64,000 nucleotides of DNA from Octopus bimaculoides (Eukaryota). A program made the position numbers and the translations under genes. This document shows, one piece after another, positions 50,751-64,000 of the stretch; position 1 is the first letter of the stretch, and the number at the start of each line of letters is the position of its first letter. The notes beneath the pieces are model-generated. The model did not search any database and had not been told where the DNA came from. It was given only the letters and a program-made list of their open reading frames with translations. The stretch spans positions 59,796,226 to 59,860,225 of the forward strand of contig NC_068983.1 of the NCBI RefSeq assembly GCF_001194135.2, written 5' to 3'.

Positions 50751-53109
50751 CCATGATTCCTGTGTGTGTCTAAATTACATGCACATATACACCATGCACA
50801 TTTAAAATATGCAAAAATTTATAAATCCCTGCAACCAGTGTCAGAGGATATGGAAGAAAAAATCTCTTATTTAGATTACATGCAATGCATTTGAATTAAT
50901 ATAACGAGATTGGAAATCTATTAGTTCAGTCTCTTAAATTATTCCACTGTGGACTTACTAATTATGACCAATTATCTTGTAAATCCTTTGATTCAACTCA
51001 TATTATCATTTTATAGCCAATTGAAAGTGAAACAAGAAAGAGAAAGCTTACTATAAAGCTGTTTCTCACTCCACCTACTGATTTAGTGGTAGGTGTTAGC
51101 TGTCTAGGCTCTTCCTTTCCCCTGGAATTTATTGTCTGTAACACACACAACATTCATCTCTTCACATGCACATTCTAACATAAATCTAGGCATGCACTAA
51201 TGTAAATACTATTACAACACTTTATTCACTATATCACAATCTCTGCATACAGTTGGCAATAATAGCCATGCACTCTCTCATATACATGTAGCTGTGATAG
51301 CCATATACTCTCATACATGTGTAAACCATAGTCTTTACCCATGAAAGCTGAACTTACTCTTGTATACTAATTACTAATTTCCAACACAATAACCTCCTAC
51401 ATGCAAATACATGCACACATAACCATACATGCTTTGTTTTCTTTTTAATGATACCATACCCTGTTTTCTTTTCCATTCTCTCTGCACCCTACCACTCACA
51501 CACACCACACACAATATACACACAGTACACACACAATACACACACAATACACACACACTCACACAAGAGGTAATATTCTCAGTATGCATTTTTAAAACAT
51601 TACAATTAATAATTCAAGAAAATTACCTGAACTACCATTAAGGTAAGTGATCAGATAAAAACGAAGTGGCCAACAAGTGAGATCAATATGTTAGATTATT
51701 GTTGTATTCATTGATCCAACTATTAACCCTGCTTTTTATTTTGCATGTGTTTATATTAGTGATTGTGTGTATGGGGGTGTATGTGTGTGTTGGAACAAAT
51801 ATCTACCACATTGTTTTGATCCCCTTCATTTGGATATGAAGCTAAATCAACTACGATTTTTGTCTTCCTGCAAAAAACAGAAAATACTCAGCTCCACCTT
51901 AACAATTAATTAATCCTCACAAAGCTCTGGTGAGACACAGATTAGAGTTCTACTCTCATATTTAGGGCAATACTGCTGTTATTAGACCCACACACACACA
52001 TATGCATGCATGCACACACGCATGCACACACACACACACACACTACATCTAGAAAATGCCATTTGACTTATTGGAATAAAATCATTCACAGACAATCCAG
52101 CTTCTAATGCATAGACATGTCTTTCCTCTGCCTTTTTCTTGCAAAGTGACTTCTATCCCTCATAGTTCACTGGTCTCATACTACCTCTTCTCAGTTAATA
52201 ATTTAGTCTCTAGTTGCTGATCTTCCTTGAATGCAAACCTTGTATATTTCACTGGTCTGGGATTCTACTTAAGCCCAACTTTTCCTTGAATGTTACTGTA
52301 AAAACCTGCATAATAGTTAATTCATTTGCAGTGTCTTTTATTTTATATATTCTCTCTTACATTTAAAAAATAACAACAAATCAGTTTTTACATTTGCATT
52401 TGAAAGAGGGCATAGTAGTGGAGTAATTAACAAACGTTATTGCCAAAATTATGCAATAGTGAATCCAACAGTCGTGTTTCAACAACTTACCCTTGCTAAT
52501 AATGAATCAAATCTGTTTTTGTTACTGCAGGGCTTCACTAACCTTCAAACTCTAGTAACTTTCCTAATGTGGTTTTATTCCCTCCCTTTATCTTTTCTCG
52601 ACTTTCTTCCTTCTATTCCATCATTAAAACATTTATCTCTATTGCTTGTTTCCCACTCATCCAAAATGTTCTCAAGCACTTATCTTAACTGCAGCAACTC
52701 AACTTCAGATGCTGAGGATACGTTTCCATTATCAAAAACACTTGTCAAATTCATGGCTTCCTCAATGTTATCTCACAAAGGATCTGTGTTAAGAATCCCC
52801 GCACTTCACCATTGATAAGTTTACCATCTACAGCTCACCGCCTACACATTCAATACTGAGAAAAATCAACAATTTCAGCACACCCACACGCAATCACACT
52901 GAAACCACACAGCTGTCATCCTCCTTTTCCGCCTCCTCCTCCTCCTCCTCATCATCATCATCATCATCATCAACAACATAATGAAAATAGCAGGGTAGTG
53001 TGAAAGTTGATCAATAGAAGAATTCAATAATCAACAGTGTATCTTTGGGGAATCATTATGTCAATAAGAAACATATGCATTGGTTCTGTTTCACTTCTTT
53101 TATTACTGT

Positions 53110-53690
53110 TAGTGGCAGAACTGTAAATATGCTGAACAAAATGCTTTGTGGCATTTCTTTGGTCTTTACATTCTGAGCTCAAATTCCACCAATGTCACTT
53201 TTGCCTTTCATTCTGTTGGGGTCAATAAAATAAATACTAGTCAAGTATTGGGATCAGTGTAATCAACTTGCTTCACTCTTCAAGAACTGCTGGCCCTGTG
53301 CCAAATTTGAAACCATTATTATTGGAGTAGTAATAGCATGTCATTGATGAGGTCATGAATGGCAGCAAAAGGACTCTGACAAACCTTGCTCATTGATTTA
53401 CCAAACAACTAATTAAACAATCAATTAGTTAATTGATTAAATAGTTAACAATTTGACTAATAATCCTTTCTACTTAGGCAAAGGGCTTGAAATTTTGAGG
53501 AATGGGACTAGTCGATTACACTGACCCCAGTGTACAACTGGTACTTATTTCATTGATCTAAAATGAAAGGCAAAGTTGACCTCAGATGAATTTGAACTCA
53601 GAATGTAAATTTGGGCAAAATACCACAAATTTGGGCAAACTTCCGCAAAGCATTTTCTCTAGCATGTTAATGATTTTGCCTGCTCATTGC
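53110..53690. mobile_element. Tail-to-tail inverted pair of SINE family C copies (53110-53320 +, 53462-53690 -)
   Basis: The + copy ends gtgccaaatttgaaaccattattatt. The - copy begins taatcctttctacttaggc and contains atttgaactcagaatgtaaa. Confidence 0.75.
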
Positions 53691-54464
53691 TTTCTAGTTA
53701 ACTAATAATAATAGAGAAGTGAAATAGCACCAGTGCATATGGTTTTATTAGTATAATGACCCTCTGAAGATACAGCAAAATTTCTTTCAACACAATTTTA
53801 CATCAAGAGACTTGCAAACCAAATACGAAAACACATATTATTAATTATATTTAATATTACTGTTAATGCTATTAGTATTGGAAGTTATACACACACACCT
53901 ACATACATACATAAATTTATATCATTTTCACTTTTTACTTTCAACTCTTTCAGTATCAGCAACACTAACAACAACAACAGCAATTAGAAACTAGCAAGTA
54001 ATTATCTCCTTATTTAAAATGCATTTACCATCTGTTTCTGTTTATTAGTTTATTAATTATAAACGTTGTTGTTGCCATTCTTTTAGAAAAGAATTCTTGA
54101 TGTCTACTTTGTCAAACCACCAGATGTCAAGACTTTGTTAACTTGTAACTTGATGATGGTTTAGACAATGGAAGGCCACGGAGGACTTTCTATCAAGCAA
54201 GAGAATAATCTGTGGTTGGAGTGAGGTGAGGCATTGAATAATAAGATAATGGTGATAGCTTTATCTATGTAGGAAAACAACGCACATATAGATGATAAAA
54301 ACCAATCAATTGACAAGGAAAATGTAGGTAAATTTGCATTGGTGTTAATAACACAGAGAATATTCTTGGTGTTAGCAGAGATGATAAAAGAAGTCATTCG
54401 TAGAGATGAGAGATGAGAAAATGCTTTCTTTGAAGATTTCCCATGCTTACACCTATAAAATATA

Positions 54465-54985
54465 GGTGCAGGTATGGCTATGTAATTACGAAGTTTGCTT
54501 CCCAACCACATGGTGTGAGGTTCAGTCCATCCCTCTGCAAGTGTCTTCCACTATAACCCCAGGTTAATCAAAGCCTTAAGAACGGATTTGGTAGATGGAA
54601 ACTGAAAGAAGCCTATCAGCCCATCGTATTTATGTGAGTATGTATATGTGTATGTATGTGGATGGGTTTGTGTGTGTGTGTGCATGTGTGTGTGTGTGTG
54701 TGTGCATGTGTGTGTGTGTGTGTGTGTGCATGTGTGTGTGTGTGTCCTTATCTTGACATTGCAGGAGAATTGTAAATAAGCATTCCCATCGTATTAGTAG
54801 TGTCATTCATTTCCAGTCTTCCATGGAAGCATGTCTGGCCATGGGAAAATATTCCCTTATTTGGAAACAGGTGAGGGTTAGTGATGGGAAGAGCATCCAT
54901 CTGTGGAAAATCTGCCTAAATGAATTATGTCCAACCCATACAAGAAGGGTAAAGAGGACATTAAAACGATAGTATGGATGATATT
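54465..54985 (+). mobile_element. Composite SINE family B with module Y (reference copy)
   Basis: Head, (TG)n with periodic CA, then module Y tccttatcttgacattgc...ggaaacaggtgagggttag...aggacattaaaacgatagtatggatgat. Confidence 0.8.
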
Positions 54986-55239
54986 TTCTAGGCCTGACAG
55001 TTGTTGTCAGTTGGGGAAATTAAATGTATAACATATATTGGTGATAATTCAAAAGATAAAAGTTCTGACTATGCATCATGTCTGCTTCATAGGCATTTCA
55101 GGCCTGTCATTAATTTGATCACCATGGTCATTTTACACTCTGCCTTTAATATCAGTGTAATATTTTCTCACCTTTGATAAAATATTGATGTTAAGAACTG
55201 TAGAAAAAGGTGCCACCACTATTTTCTACTTACTCTCTA

Positions 55240-55270
55240 TCCTCATTATTATCATTATCATCATTATCAC

Positions 55271-55332
<62 letters not shown>

Positions 55333-55440
55333 CTATCACCAACACTACTGACACCATTACTACTATCATTATAATCATCATTGCTGTTGCTGCTTCCAAC
55401 CTCCTCCCATAATCGTCATCATCAACATCATCTTCATCAT
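55240..55440. repeat. (CAT)n / degenerate ATC trinucleotide repeat
   Basis: Pure CAT core at about 55272-55331 with degenerate flanks. A similar degenerate tract lies at 22130-22282. Confidence 0.9.
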
Positions 55441-56675
55441 CACTTGAAATTCATCATTATTTTGAATTGTAGGATTTCTAAATGCTAGTTCTTTTGTGTT
55501 AAGTTTTATTCTACTCACATATTTAATTAGCTAACTCTGTTACTCTTCATACTGTAGTAATAAATTCATTATAGCAAAATAAGTTTTAACAAACCTATAC
55601 AAACTTGTTTTAATTTCATTTTCATCTAAACTTGGTAATACAAAATATTCATTTATTCAAATGACCCAACTTTTTCACTTGACCCCCAACCATTTCAGTA
55701 ACAAAATTAAATATTGTCCATATAATTTATTATCTTCTTTATCACCCTCATTTTGTCTGTGTGTCCTAAATAAGTTAAAATTATCATCAGTAGTGGTGTT
55801 TTGTTTTTTCATTTATGTTTCCATATTATTTGTGGAACTATTTCTGTTCTTTAACTTATTTATTGTTCTTTATTTTATTGGCTCATTACCAAACTGTAGG
55901 TATATTGATTTACTCTAATTCATCTTTTATTTATTTATTTTTATGTTTAAAACAGGTCCTTTTAGACAAATAAATTAACGAAACTCTTTGAAAAATTCAT
56001 AATGCTATACACCGTAATTTACGAATAAGCGTTAAACATTGTTTAAATAATATTGCTAGTAAATTATTCATGAGGTGTGTAACAAAAAGGTTTTAAGGTG
56101 AACAGCTGCTATTTTCAACTGACAATATTCCCAGAAATGGCACTCCATCTGTAATGACAGATATTAAGAAAATGTAGATCAGACTTATTTAGCTTTCCCT
56201 GGTTTTCATTTGCTTTTGTTCATTTGTTTCTACATCAGCTTTTCAATGCTAATATGGGTTACAAGAACACATTATAAAGGCCAGCTGTTTTAGAGCCAGA
56301 TGCTATTCTTGTCATTCGCTCTTCTCTCTTTTTCCAGTAAGAGATCTCTTATTTTACATGTCTTCAAAAGCACAAAGTGAGTGGACAGTTTGTTGACATG
56401 AGAAGTGACAACAGCAACACTGCATATAGTGAGCAACTTTCATAGAGTATAAACATAAACAAACACATACATACGCACTCTTATACATACATACATACAT
56501 ACATACATACATACATACATACGTACATACATACATACATACATACATGATGGCTGTCCACTCGTGACTGTGGAAGACCATTGCTGACCTTCAGGAACAT
56601 TGTGTGCTCTAGGACTAACTTATATTTTGCATTTGCAGTTCCGTTGGTGGCTATGTACATTCATACATACATACA

Positions 56676-56709
<34 letters not shown>

Positions 56710-56734
56710 CATACATGCATACACACACATATAT

Positions 56735-57005
56735 ATCACTGTCATCATCATTACATCATTATTTTAACACCTACTTTTCCATTACTGCATGCGTCAGACA
56801 GAATTCATTGAGGCAGATTTTCTACAGCTGGATGCTTTCTTTGCCATCAACCCTCACCTATTCCAAAACAAGTTAGCATTTTCCCATGGCCAAACATGCT
56901 TTGATTGAAGACTGGAAAGGAAGGACTCTGCTTATATGATGGGAATGCTCATTTATATCAATTCTGAGATGTTAAGACAAGGAGGCACAAACACATACAT
57001 TCCTT

Positions 57006-57046
<41 letters not shown>

Positions 57047-57052
57047 TACATG

Positions 57053-57108
<56 letters not shown>

Positions 57109-57220
57109 ATATATATATATATATTTGAATATATAAGAGGATTCTTTTAGTTTCCATCTATAAATCCATTCTCAAGGCTTTGGTCAACCTGGGATTGTAA
57201 TAGTAGACTCAAGTTGTCAC
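56735..57220 (-). mobile_element. Composite SINE family B with module Y and an expanded (CA)(CT)(TA) internal microsatellite
   Basis: ttttaacacctacttttccattactgcatgcgtcagacagaattc...ctcacctattcc...(CA)n(CT)n(TA)n...ttagtttccatctataaatccattctcaaggctttggtc. Confidence 0.75.
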
Positions 57221-58062
57221 TCAGTAAAGACAGACTTTTTGAGGTCAATATAATAAGTACCAGCTGAGGAAGTAAGTTGATCACTTGATGGCTTTGTGTT
57301 AAATTTGAAACCAATATTTCACGGTTGAGAGATTGCTGTTGATCTTGATCATGACTGTTCAGTTGGTCATTCAACTGAACTACCTGTTCATTAAATAAGA
57401 ATATAAGTGGCTGAGTATTCCACTGTCACATGTATCCTTAATGTGATTTTCAGGCAAAAACAGTGTGATACAGTGTGTCATGACCTTAAAATACAAATAC
57501 AATCCATCCAATGGACTTTCATGCAGTTTTCATTACCTCCATTTCTCTCACATGGCTTGGTTCTACTCAAGGCTAAGATACCCTGCAGTAGAACCAAATC
57601 TTTGATGTTGTGATTGTGAAGCAAGTTTCTTAACCACACAGCTATGCTGCATCCATTTATTGTTAATGTACTGAACATGTTCTTAGTATTGATGTTTGAA
57701 AATTTCATCATGTCATCAAGTTTACTAATAATTGCAATTATAACATTCTATTAGAATATATTATTTTAGATACAAGTTTTGCACTAACAAGTCAATATAT
57801 TCTCCCTTACTAGTTTGATTTAACTGAAATCTATTATCACATTCTGACATCTTAGAGGTATGTCTACCTTGTTTCTTTATGAGATTACAAGTAGTTATCT
57901 AATGCAGTTGTTTGGTAAAAGTACATCAGGCTAAAGAACAAAGCGATAGTTTATCTAAGATGAAATTTACTTGTCTATGTTTGTGACACTATTCAACTCC
58001 AAGTCAAATAATTCTTGAAACTCTTGTACTAGCAGGCTCTGTCTCTCTCCAAAGGAACTTAG

Positions 58063-58290
58063 TTAACTCTTTTGTTACAATATTTCTGTTGAAATACTTT
58101 GCCTTACTTCCAGTTAATTTCGAAAATAATGAAAAATGTAGTAAAATAACATTGTTATTATTAAGCTGATGATTGGAATAAAAATTCACATGGAATATTG
58201 ATGAAAGGTTTTAGTTTAGTTCACTTTAAAATGGAATTTGTATTATAGAGGCAGGAGCAATCACAGACAGTTTGGTATCAAATGGATTAA
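58063..58290 (+). mobile_element. piggyBac-type MITE
   Basis: ttaactcttttgttac ... tttggtatcaaatggattaa. Partial reverse copies also lie at about 61215-61400 and 61530-61625. Confidence 0.7.
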
Positions 58291-58449
58291 GATAGATTCA
58301 TTTGCCAAACAATATTCCACAAGACGTCATCAATTTCATTATATTTTTCAAAGAATTCACTTACACCTTATATGACACTTTTCTATAATGCTGTAATATC
58401 CTGATGGCTCATTAGAAGTAGCAGATAATTTCTGCTACATAGCAGACCA

Positions 58450-59255
58450 AATTAGTAGTGGGGGAAGATGTACAGAGAGTGTGATAGCAGAATAAGAAAA
58501 GAATGGCGGATCTTCAGAGAGCTGTTACATCTATTGGCCACAAAAGTTTTCTCTCCTTAAGTGAAAGGAAAATTGTATGATGCATGTATACAGACAGCAA
58601 TTCTACAAGGCAGTGAGAGGTGGGCTATGAGTGCAGAGGACATGTCAGGGTTAGATACTCCGTTGGATGTGTATCGTAAATGTATATGTTCAACAGAGTG
58701 CTAGTATTTTGAGAGAGAAGTTACATATAAGAGGAATTAGAGGCTGTGTTCAAGAGAGAAGACTGCATTGGTTTGATCATGTGTTGCTGACAGCTCCATA
58801 AAGAAGTGCAGATCTCTCAAAGTAGAAGGAACACATGGAAATGGGAGGCCCAGGAAAACATTGGATGAAATACTGAAGAATGGCCACAGGATGCTGAACC
58901 TTTCAGGTGAGATGACAAAGGACCAAGATACTTGGCAACTTGCTGTACTCAAGAAGACCCCGTACTCCACAGCAGAAGTGTTAAGACCAGTCCCTCTGGT
59001 GGTGAAAAGCACTCATGACAATTCCATGTAAAAGTACCATTGCAGTGCCATGTAAAAGCACCTGTGTGGTGCCACATGAAAGCACTCAACACACTCTGTA
59101 AAATGATTGGTGTTAGGAAGGACAGGACATCCGGCCATAGAAACCATGCCAAATCAGACTGGAATCTGTTGTTGTGCCCCAGCTTGCCAGCTCTGGTCAA
59201 ACCATCCAACCTATGCCACCATGGACAATGGACAGTAAATGATGACAACAACAAT
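58450..59255 (+). mobile_element. RTE LINE 3' portion: RT C-terminus, 3' UTR tandem repeats and SINE-shared tail
   Basis: Decayed QISSGGRCTESVIA.IRKEWRIFRELLHLLATKV..VKGKLYDACIQTAILQGSERWAMSAEDM...RRLHWFDHV...CRSLKVEGTHGNGRPRKTLDE...WQLAVLKKT, then (gccatgtaaaagcac)-like units and ttaggaaggacaggacatcc...aacctatgccaccatggacaatggacagtaaatgatgac. Confidence 0.88.
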
Positions 59256-59985
59256 GTACTTCTTTTAGGATTATCATTTACCGAATGTTGTTTGAATAAT
59301 CCCATGCAATACCTTTGAATTGAACTTAAATCTCTCTCCCTCACTTTTTTTTCAGTTTACATGTATCTACCACTATTATTTTGAGGGAGGTGAAAGGATT
59401 GCCTCTGATTGCCAATATCTGCCTTGTTTTCATGTTTAAAGAAAATAATTCTTCAAATGACCAGTCAAATTCTCAAATGTTGATACAAATTACTGGTAAT
59501 TCAAATGCCATGTGGAATATTGATTTCTATTTCAAAGAAATTTCTGATTCTCCTATCTTTTGCTGAGCTTAGTGTAGAATTTCGTTCTTAGTCATGAGTT
59601 ATCCATAATGTTATCACAGAGTATATTTTCATCTACTTTAAGGTATTTATAGCCTGTCGTTGTTCAAAGAAAAAGTGATAAAAGCTCCATTAATAGCAAG
59701 GTTTTCAATCTGGCTTCTTGTCCATCCTCAGTGTGTTATTGTAAGATATGACCAGTCGTTCTGGCCAAAGTTCAAATCAATGCCACAGGAATATTTCGGT
59801 CAGCTATGGTGTTGAACTTGCTCATAATTCACATGGATGTATGTGTTGGGATTTACCGTCACTATACTGAAGCTGCTACTTAAACACATATTTTTATTAT
59901 CATCTTATTAGTTATCTTCTTTTAACCTTTTGCTGTTTGGAATCTTGTACACAGGATATGTGGATATATGAGTACATGTTACTGT

Positions 59986-60032
<47 letters not shown>

Positions 60033-60344
60033 TGTGTGTGTATGTTTTCTATGGATAGACAACAGAATTTGTTTCAGCAAAAATTTGAAATGTAAATATA
60101 TAGCTTATTGGGTACATATGTATAGACTTCTGCAAATATCTACAATTTTATTTTATAAATGATTATAGATATGTATTTTAATTAAGATTATTTACATGGG
60201 TGGAGACACTCCTTAGTTAATATTTAAATTTATCGAAACCACAATGTAGTAAGTAGTATCTACAGAGACATGCACTGATCTACTTGAAGATAAATAACTC
60301 ATCCCCTCACTGATAATATTAAACAAAATAATTAAAATAAAGTA

Positions 60345-60680
60345 TTTCAAACTACATGGTTGAAGGTTCAGTCCCACTGCATGGCACCTTGGGCAAATGT
60401 CTTCTGCTATAGTCTTAGGCTGACCAAAGCCTTGTGATTGGATTTGGTAGATGGAAACTGAAAGAAGCCCATCAAATATGTGCATGTCTGTGTTAGTCCC
60501 CTACCACCACCACTTGACAACCGGTGTTGGTGTTTTTATGCCCCCGTAACATAGTGGTTTGGCAAAAGAGACTGATAGAATAAGTACCAGGCTTAAGAAA
60601 AATAAGTACTGGGTTCTTCAAGATGGTGTCCCAGCATGGCCACAGTCTAATGATTGAAACAAGTAAAAGATGAAAGAAAG
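60345..60680 (+). mobile_element. Composite SINE family B with module X
   Basis: catggttgaaggttcagtcccactgcatggcaccttgggcaa...gaaactgaaagaagccc...cttgacaaccggtgttgg...gaataagtaccaggc...gattgaaacaagtaaaagatgaaag. Confidence 0.8.
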
Positions 60681-61804
60681 ATTGAGAAATAAGTGTTCAA
60701 TAAGGATTAAAATCACACTAATCTTCATATGACACTTTAAGAACTAAGAAAAGTATAGAAGTGATGAAAGGAACAAATTCCAAGTTGGCAGAATAATCAA
60801 TAAGTTTATATTTCCATGGGATTTCTCTTAGGATAGAGCAGGATATTAAAATTTAATAGTTATACAATTTTCATTAAAAAAAAATATCTAACCTAATTTA
60901 AAGAATTAGTAATTTCCCTTGCTACTTTTCTGTCACATCTAATTTTTGCTATTTTTATCATTGACATAAAAATCCAACAGAATTCAAAGGGTTAGTTTAA
61001 TAAAACTTTAATAACTTCAGACTCAGATAACTTCTCTGACCTTTTTTCACAATTTTACTTTAGTTTTTGTTGTTTTGTTTTTTTTATTCGTTACCCTAGA
61101 GGATCCAGTTCCTGTTTACCCAAATTATGTTGAATTTTGCAACAGAAACTCAGTATTAAACATGGATTCCATCTTCTAGTAGCAATCCAGAACTTTACTT
61201 ACACAAGCATTTTTTTAAAGCCATTTTTGATACTAACCCACCAGAGACTGCCCCTAATTCTATGAAACAAACTCTTGTTTTAAAACGATTTAAATTAAAG
61301 CCTTCCATTAAAATTTAATGTTAATTTATATTCCAAGCACTAGCATAATAATGAGAAAGTAATTATACTAAATTTTTTCTTATTTTCAGAATTAATTAAA
61401 ACAATGATAGTGAGCAGTAATATGACAGTGATAGGGTTAGTCCTTTTAATACCAGTCCACATTTGATCAGTCAAAGTGATCTAAATTCATTCTGTCAGAA
61501 GATTCATGTTATTTTACTCCAAACATCTGGTTAATAATGACAAGGTTATTTTACTAAATTCTTCTTTATTTTCAAAATTAATTGAAACAAAAGCAGTTAA
61601 TTTCCACAGAAATATGGTAACAATTTTTTACTTTTACACAAATGAGAATGCTTCAGTTTGATCTCTCATCTTACCAATATAGCTGCCAAATCTACCTCCA
61701 TAATATTCTATATGATCGTTGATAATACAAACCAATATAAATCATTCTTATAGTTCAATTATGAGACAAACAAATTATCAAATACTATCTATTAATTCTA
61801 TCTT

Positions 61805-62096
61805 TTATCTCTTATCTTTTCTTGATTCAGTCATTAGATTGCAGCCATGATGAAGCACCACACTGAAGAATCTTTTTAATTGAATGAATCAATCCCAGTA
61901 CTTAATATTTTTCTTTTCAAGCCTAGTACTTATTCTATCAGTCACCTTTGCTGGATTGCTAGGTTATGGGGATGTAAACACACCAACACTGGTTGTCAAG
62001 TGGTTGAGGGGGGATAAATACAGACACAGACACACATACACATACACACATATATTATATATATATATGTGTGTGTATACTATCTATCTATCTATA

Positions 62097-62158
<62 letters not shown>

Positions 62159-62290
62159 GCTTCTTTCAGTTTCCATCAACTAAATCTGCTCAAAAGGTTT
62201 TGGTCAGCCTGAGCTTATAGTAAAAGACACTTCCCCAAGGTGCCACCCCATGTGGTTGGGAAGCAAACTTCTTACTACAGCCACACCTGT
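61805..62290 (-). mobile_element. Composite SINE family B with module X and an internal (TA)n
   Basis: Reverse complement of the head, microsatellite and module X; inverted relative to 60345-60680. Confidence 0.75.
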
Positions 62291-62689
62291 CGATTCCTTT
62301 ATTATTACATAAGTCTATAATAAAAATATCAGATTAAAATAATTTGAATTTTTTTGCATAAACACAGAAAAAACATTGGTGTTTCCTCAACAATGCATTC
62401 AATAATAGAGATGAGTGGAGTCAGTTGCCAGGGATATTCATTCATAGGGTTCAATCCCAACATTTCTTGTTCATGAATTAACAATAAATACTTGTATTAT
62501 GAGTGTCAGGTGTAGAACGGACCAAAGGATTTGTCGAGTGACAGTATATCAAGAGAAATAAAGAGCTGCTGCAGAAACTGACATGTGGATCATCATCTTT
62601 ATCCTCATCACCACCACAACCATCATCATCATCATCATCATCACTGCTGGCACTGCCACTACCGCCACTACCACCATCACCATTTTATC

Positions 62690-63050
62690 ATCCACTTTTC
62701 CATGCTTGTATCATGGATCAGACAGAATTCCTTGAGGTAGATTTTCTACAGCTGGATGCTCTTCTTGTTGCCTACCCTCACTTGTTTCCTAACAAAGCAA
62801 TACTTGCTCATGACTAGACATATTTTCATGGAAGATTGGAAATAAACAACACCACTTGTATGAAGGTGGAACTTGCTTACAGCTCTCGTGCAATGTCAAG
62901 TTGAGAGCTACAAACACACATACATGAAGGGCTTTTTTCAGTTTCTGTCTACCAAATATACTCATTAGGATTTGATTGGCTCAGGAGTGAGACTGAACCA
63001 GAAACCATGTAGTCTGAAGTCAAACTTCTTACCCATACTGCTATGCCTAC
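62690..63050 (-). mobile_element. Composite SINE family B with module Y
   Basis: atccacttttccatgcttgtatcatggatcagacagaattc...ctcacttgtttcc...tgaagggcttttttcagtttctgtctaccaaat. Confidence 0.75.
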
Positions 63051-63825
63051 ACTTGTAGATAGAATGTAATAATTTGAACAAGTTTAATGTGCTTTTCTTA
63101 GAATGATTTCTGCAAAAGAATTTACCTTGTTAAAATAGCTATTCCTCTTCTAATATTTTCATTAAACTCCACTGCTAATAGTCTCTTCTAACATGACTTT
63201 ACTACTTTTGAAACAACAAGCAGAAAAATAAAAATTTCTCATGTTAATTATCATCCTAAAATGTTTTCACTTAAACTGAGAGCAAGGAAATGTCTGTAGA
63301 TGCCTTTCATCTTCATTGCATTGAAAGATTCATCTATTGAGAAAACTTTCAAGATATATAGGTTTCCAATAATAATAATTATAATAATAATAATAATATT
63401 GTATTCAAACTGCAATGGATACTAAAATCTATTTCAGAAACTTTGTCACTGTCAAGTAAGGCTTTTAAGTTCAAACTAAACGATATTTAAAATCTAAAAT
63501 AATTAACTTCTTCACTTTTTATGTAGGCACAATTTGAATATATCGATAGCAACATTTGGCAATTTATGGGCATTTTTATAGATCAAAATAGCAGCTACAT
63601 GCAACTGCTAAGGACACTATGGTGGAATTTTTTTTTTTTTTTATTAAATAAAGTATAAAGAAGTATAAAGATACTTTTTATTCCTTTCACTTGTGAGAAA
63701 AATTAGTAATATGGATGATTCTCTCCCTTGCCTTAAACAACCAATCAACTGCAACCTTATATTGCTATAAAAAAAATTCTAACTGAACAACTGTGAATCT
63801 CTAAACAGTATGATTGCAAAGAGGC

Positions 63826-63857
63826 ACACGCATATATATATATATACATGCACACAC

Positions 63858-63909
<52 letters not shown>

Positions 63910-63962
63910 GCACATACACACATACATATACACACACACACACACACACACATACATATATA

Positions 63963-64000
<38 letters not shown>
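63826..64000. repeat. Compound (TA)/(CA) microsatellite running off the window end
   Basis: Directly visible. Confidence 0.95.

Noticed and set aside
51574-51650. Donor taag|gtaagtg (GT at 51643)
   Set aside because: All three frames from the nearest acceptor contain stops.
52459-52815. 118-aa ORF with a preceding acceptor-like ttactgcag
   Set aside because: Leu/Ser/Phe-rich composition is typical of antisense or pyrimidine-rich DNA; the opposite strand has stops and no recognisable domain.
54161-54420. Possible L1/Tx1 RT fragment (WFLSSICALFSYIDKAITI)
   Set aside because: The resemblance is limited to spacing of hydrophobic residues and the diagnostic QGxPLSP motif is not preserved.

Overview
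AT-rich, microsatellite-dense metazoan genomic DNA with four scaffold gaps. The repeat content (tRNA-derived composite SINEs, RTE LINE tails ending in (GAT)n, very abundant CA/TA/TAT microsatellites) points to an octopus or other coleoid cephalopod; this is an inference. Only one host exon is recognisable: 15717-15824 (+), 108 bp, phase 0/0, ttttatacatttcag|...|gtaagg. It encodes KYQMRLKTEEKKHSTIVAETAKKVSQLLEKKVKAVK, which fits the N-terminal helical exon of voltage-gated Ca2+ channel alpha-2/delta subunits (CACNA2D family). The rest of the window is therefore probably very long intron. It holds remnants of RTE, CR1, Dong/R4 and Penelope-like retroelements, hAT- and piggyBac-type MITEs, a Helentron-type HINE and more than 25 SINE pieces built from interchangeable modules. 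The structures most worth following up are all on or readable from the putative sense strand: a spacerless 282-bp palindrome with only two T-G mismatches (41590-41871), a 313-bp foldback (29538-29850), two hammerhead-ribozyme-like motifs (29277-29303 and 50196-50250), and two different Dong/R4 elements stacked in one (TAA)n array that starts as a SINE tail (24335-25400). No ORF-track entry is a genuine host gene: they are microsatellite or N-run artefacts, TE fragments or chance ORFs. All alignments were done by eye and family assignments rest on recalled consensus motifs, so repeat boundaries are approximate unless exact termini are quoted.
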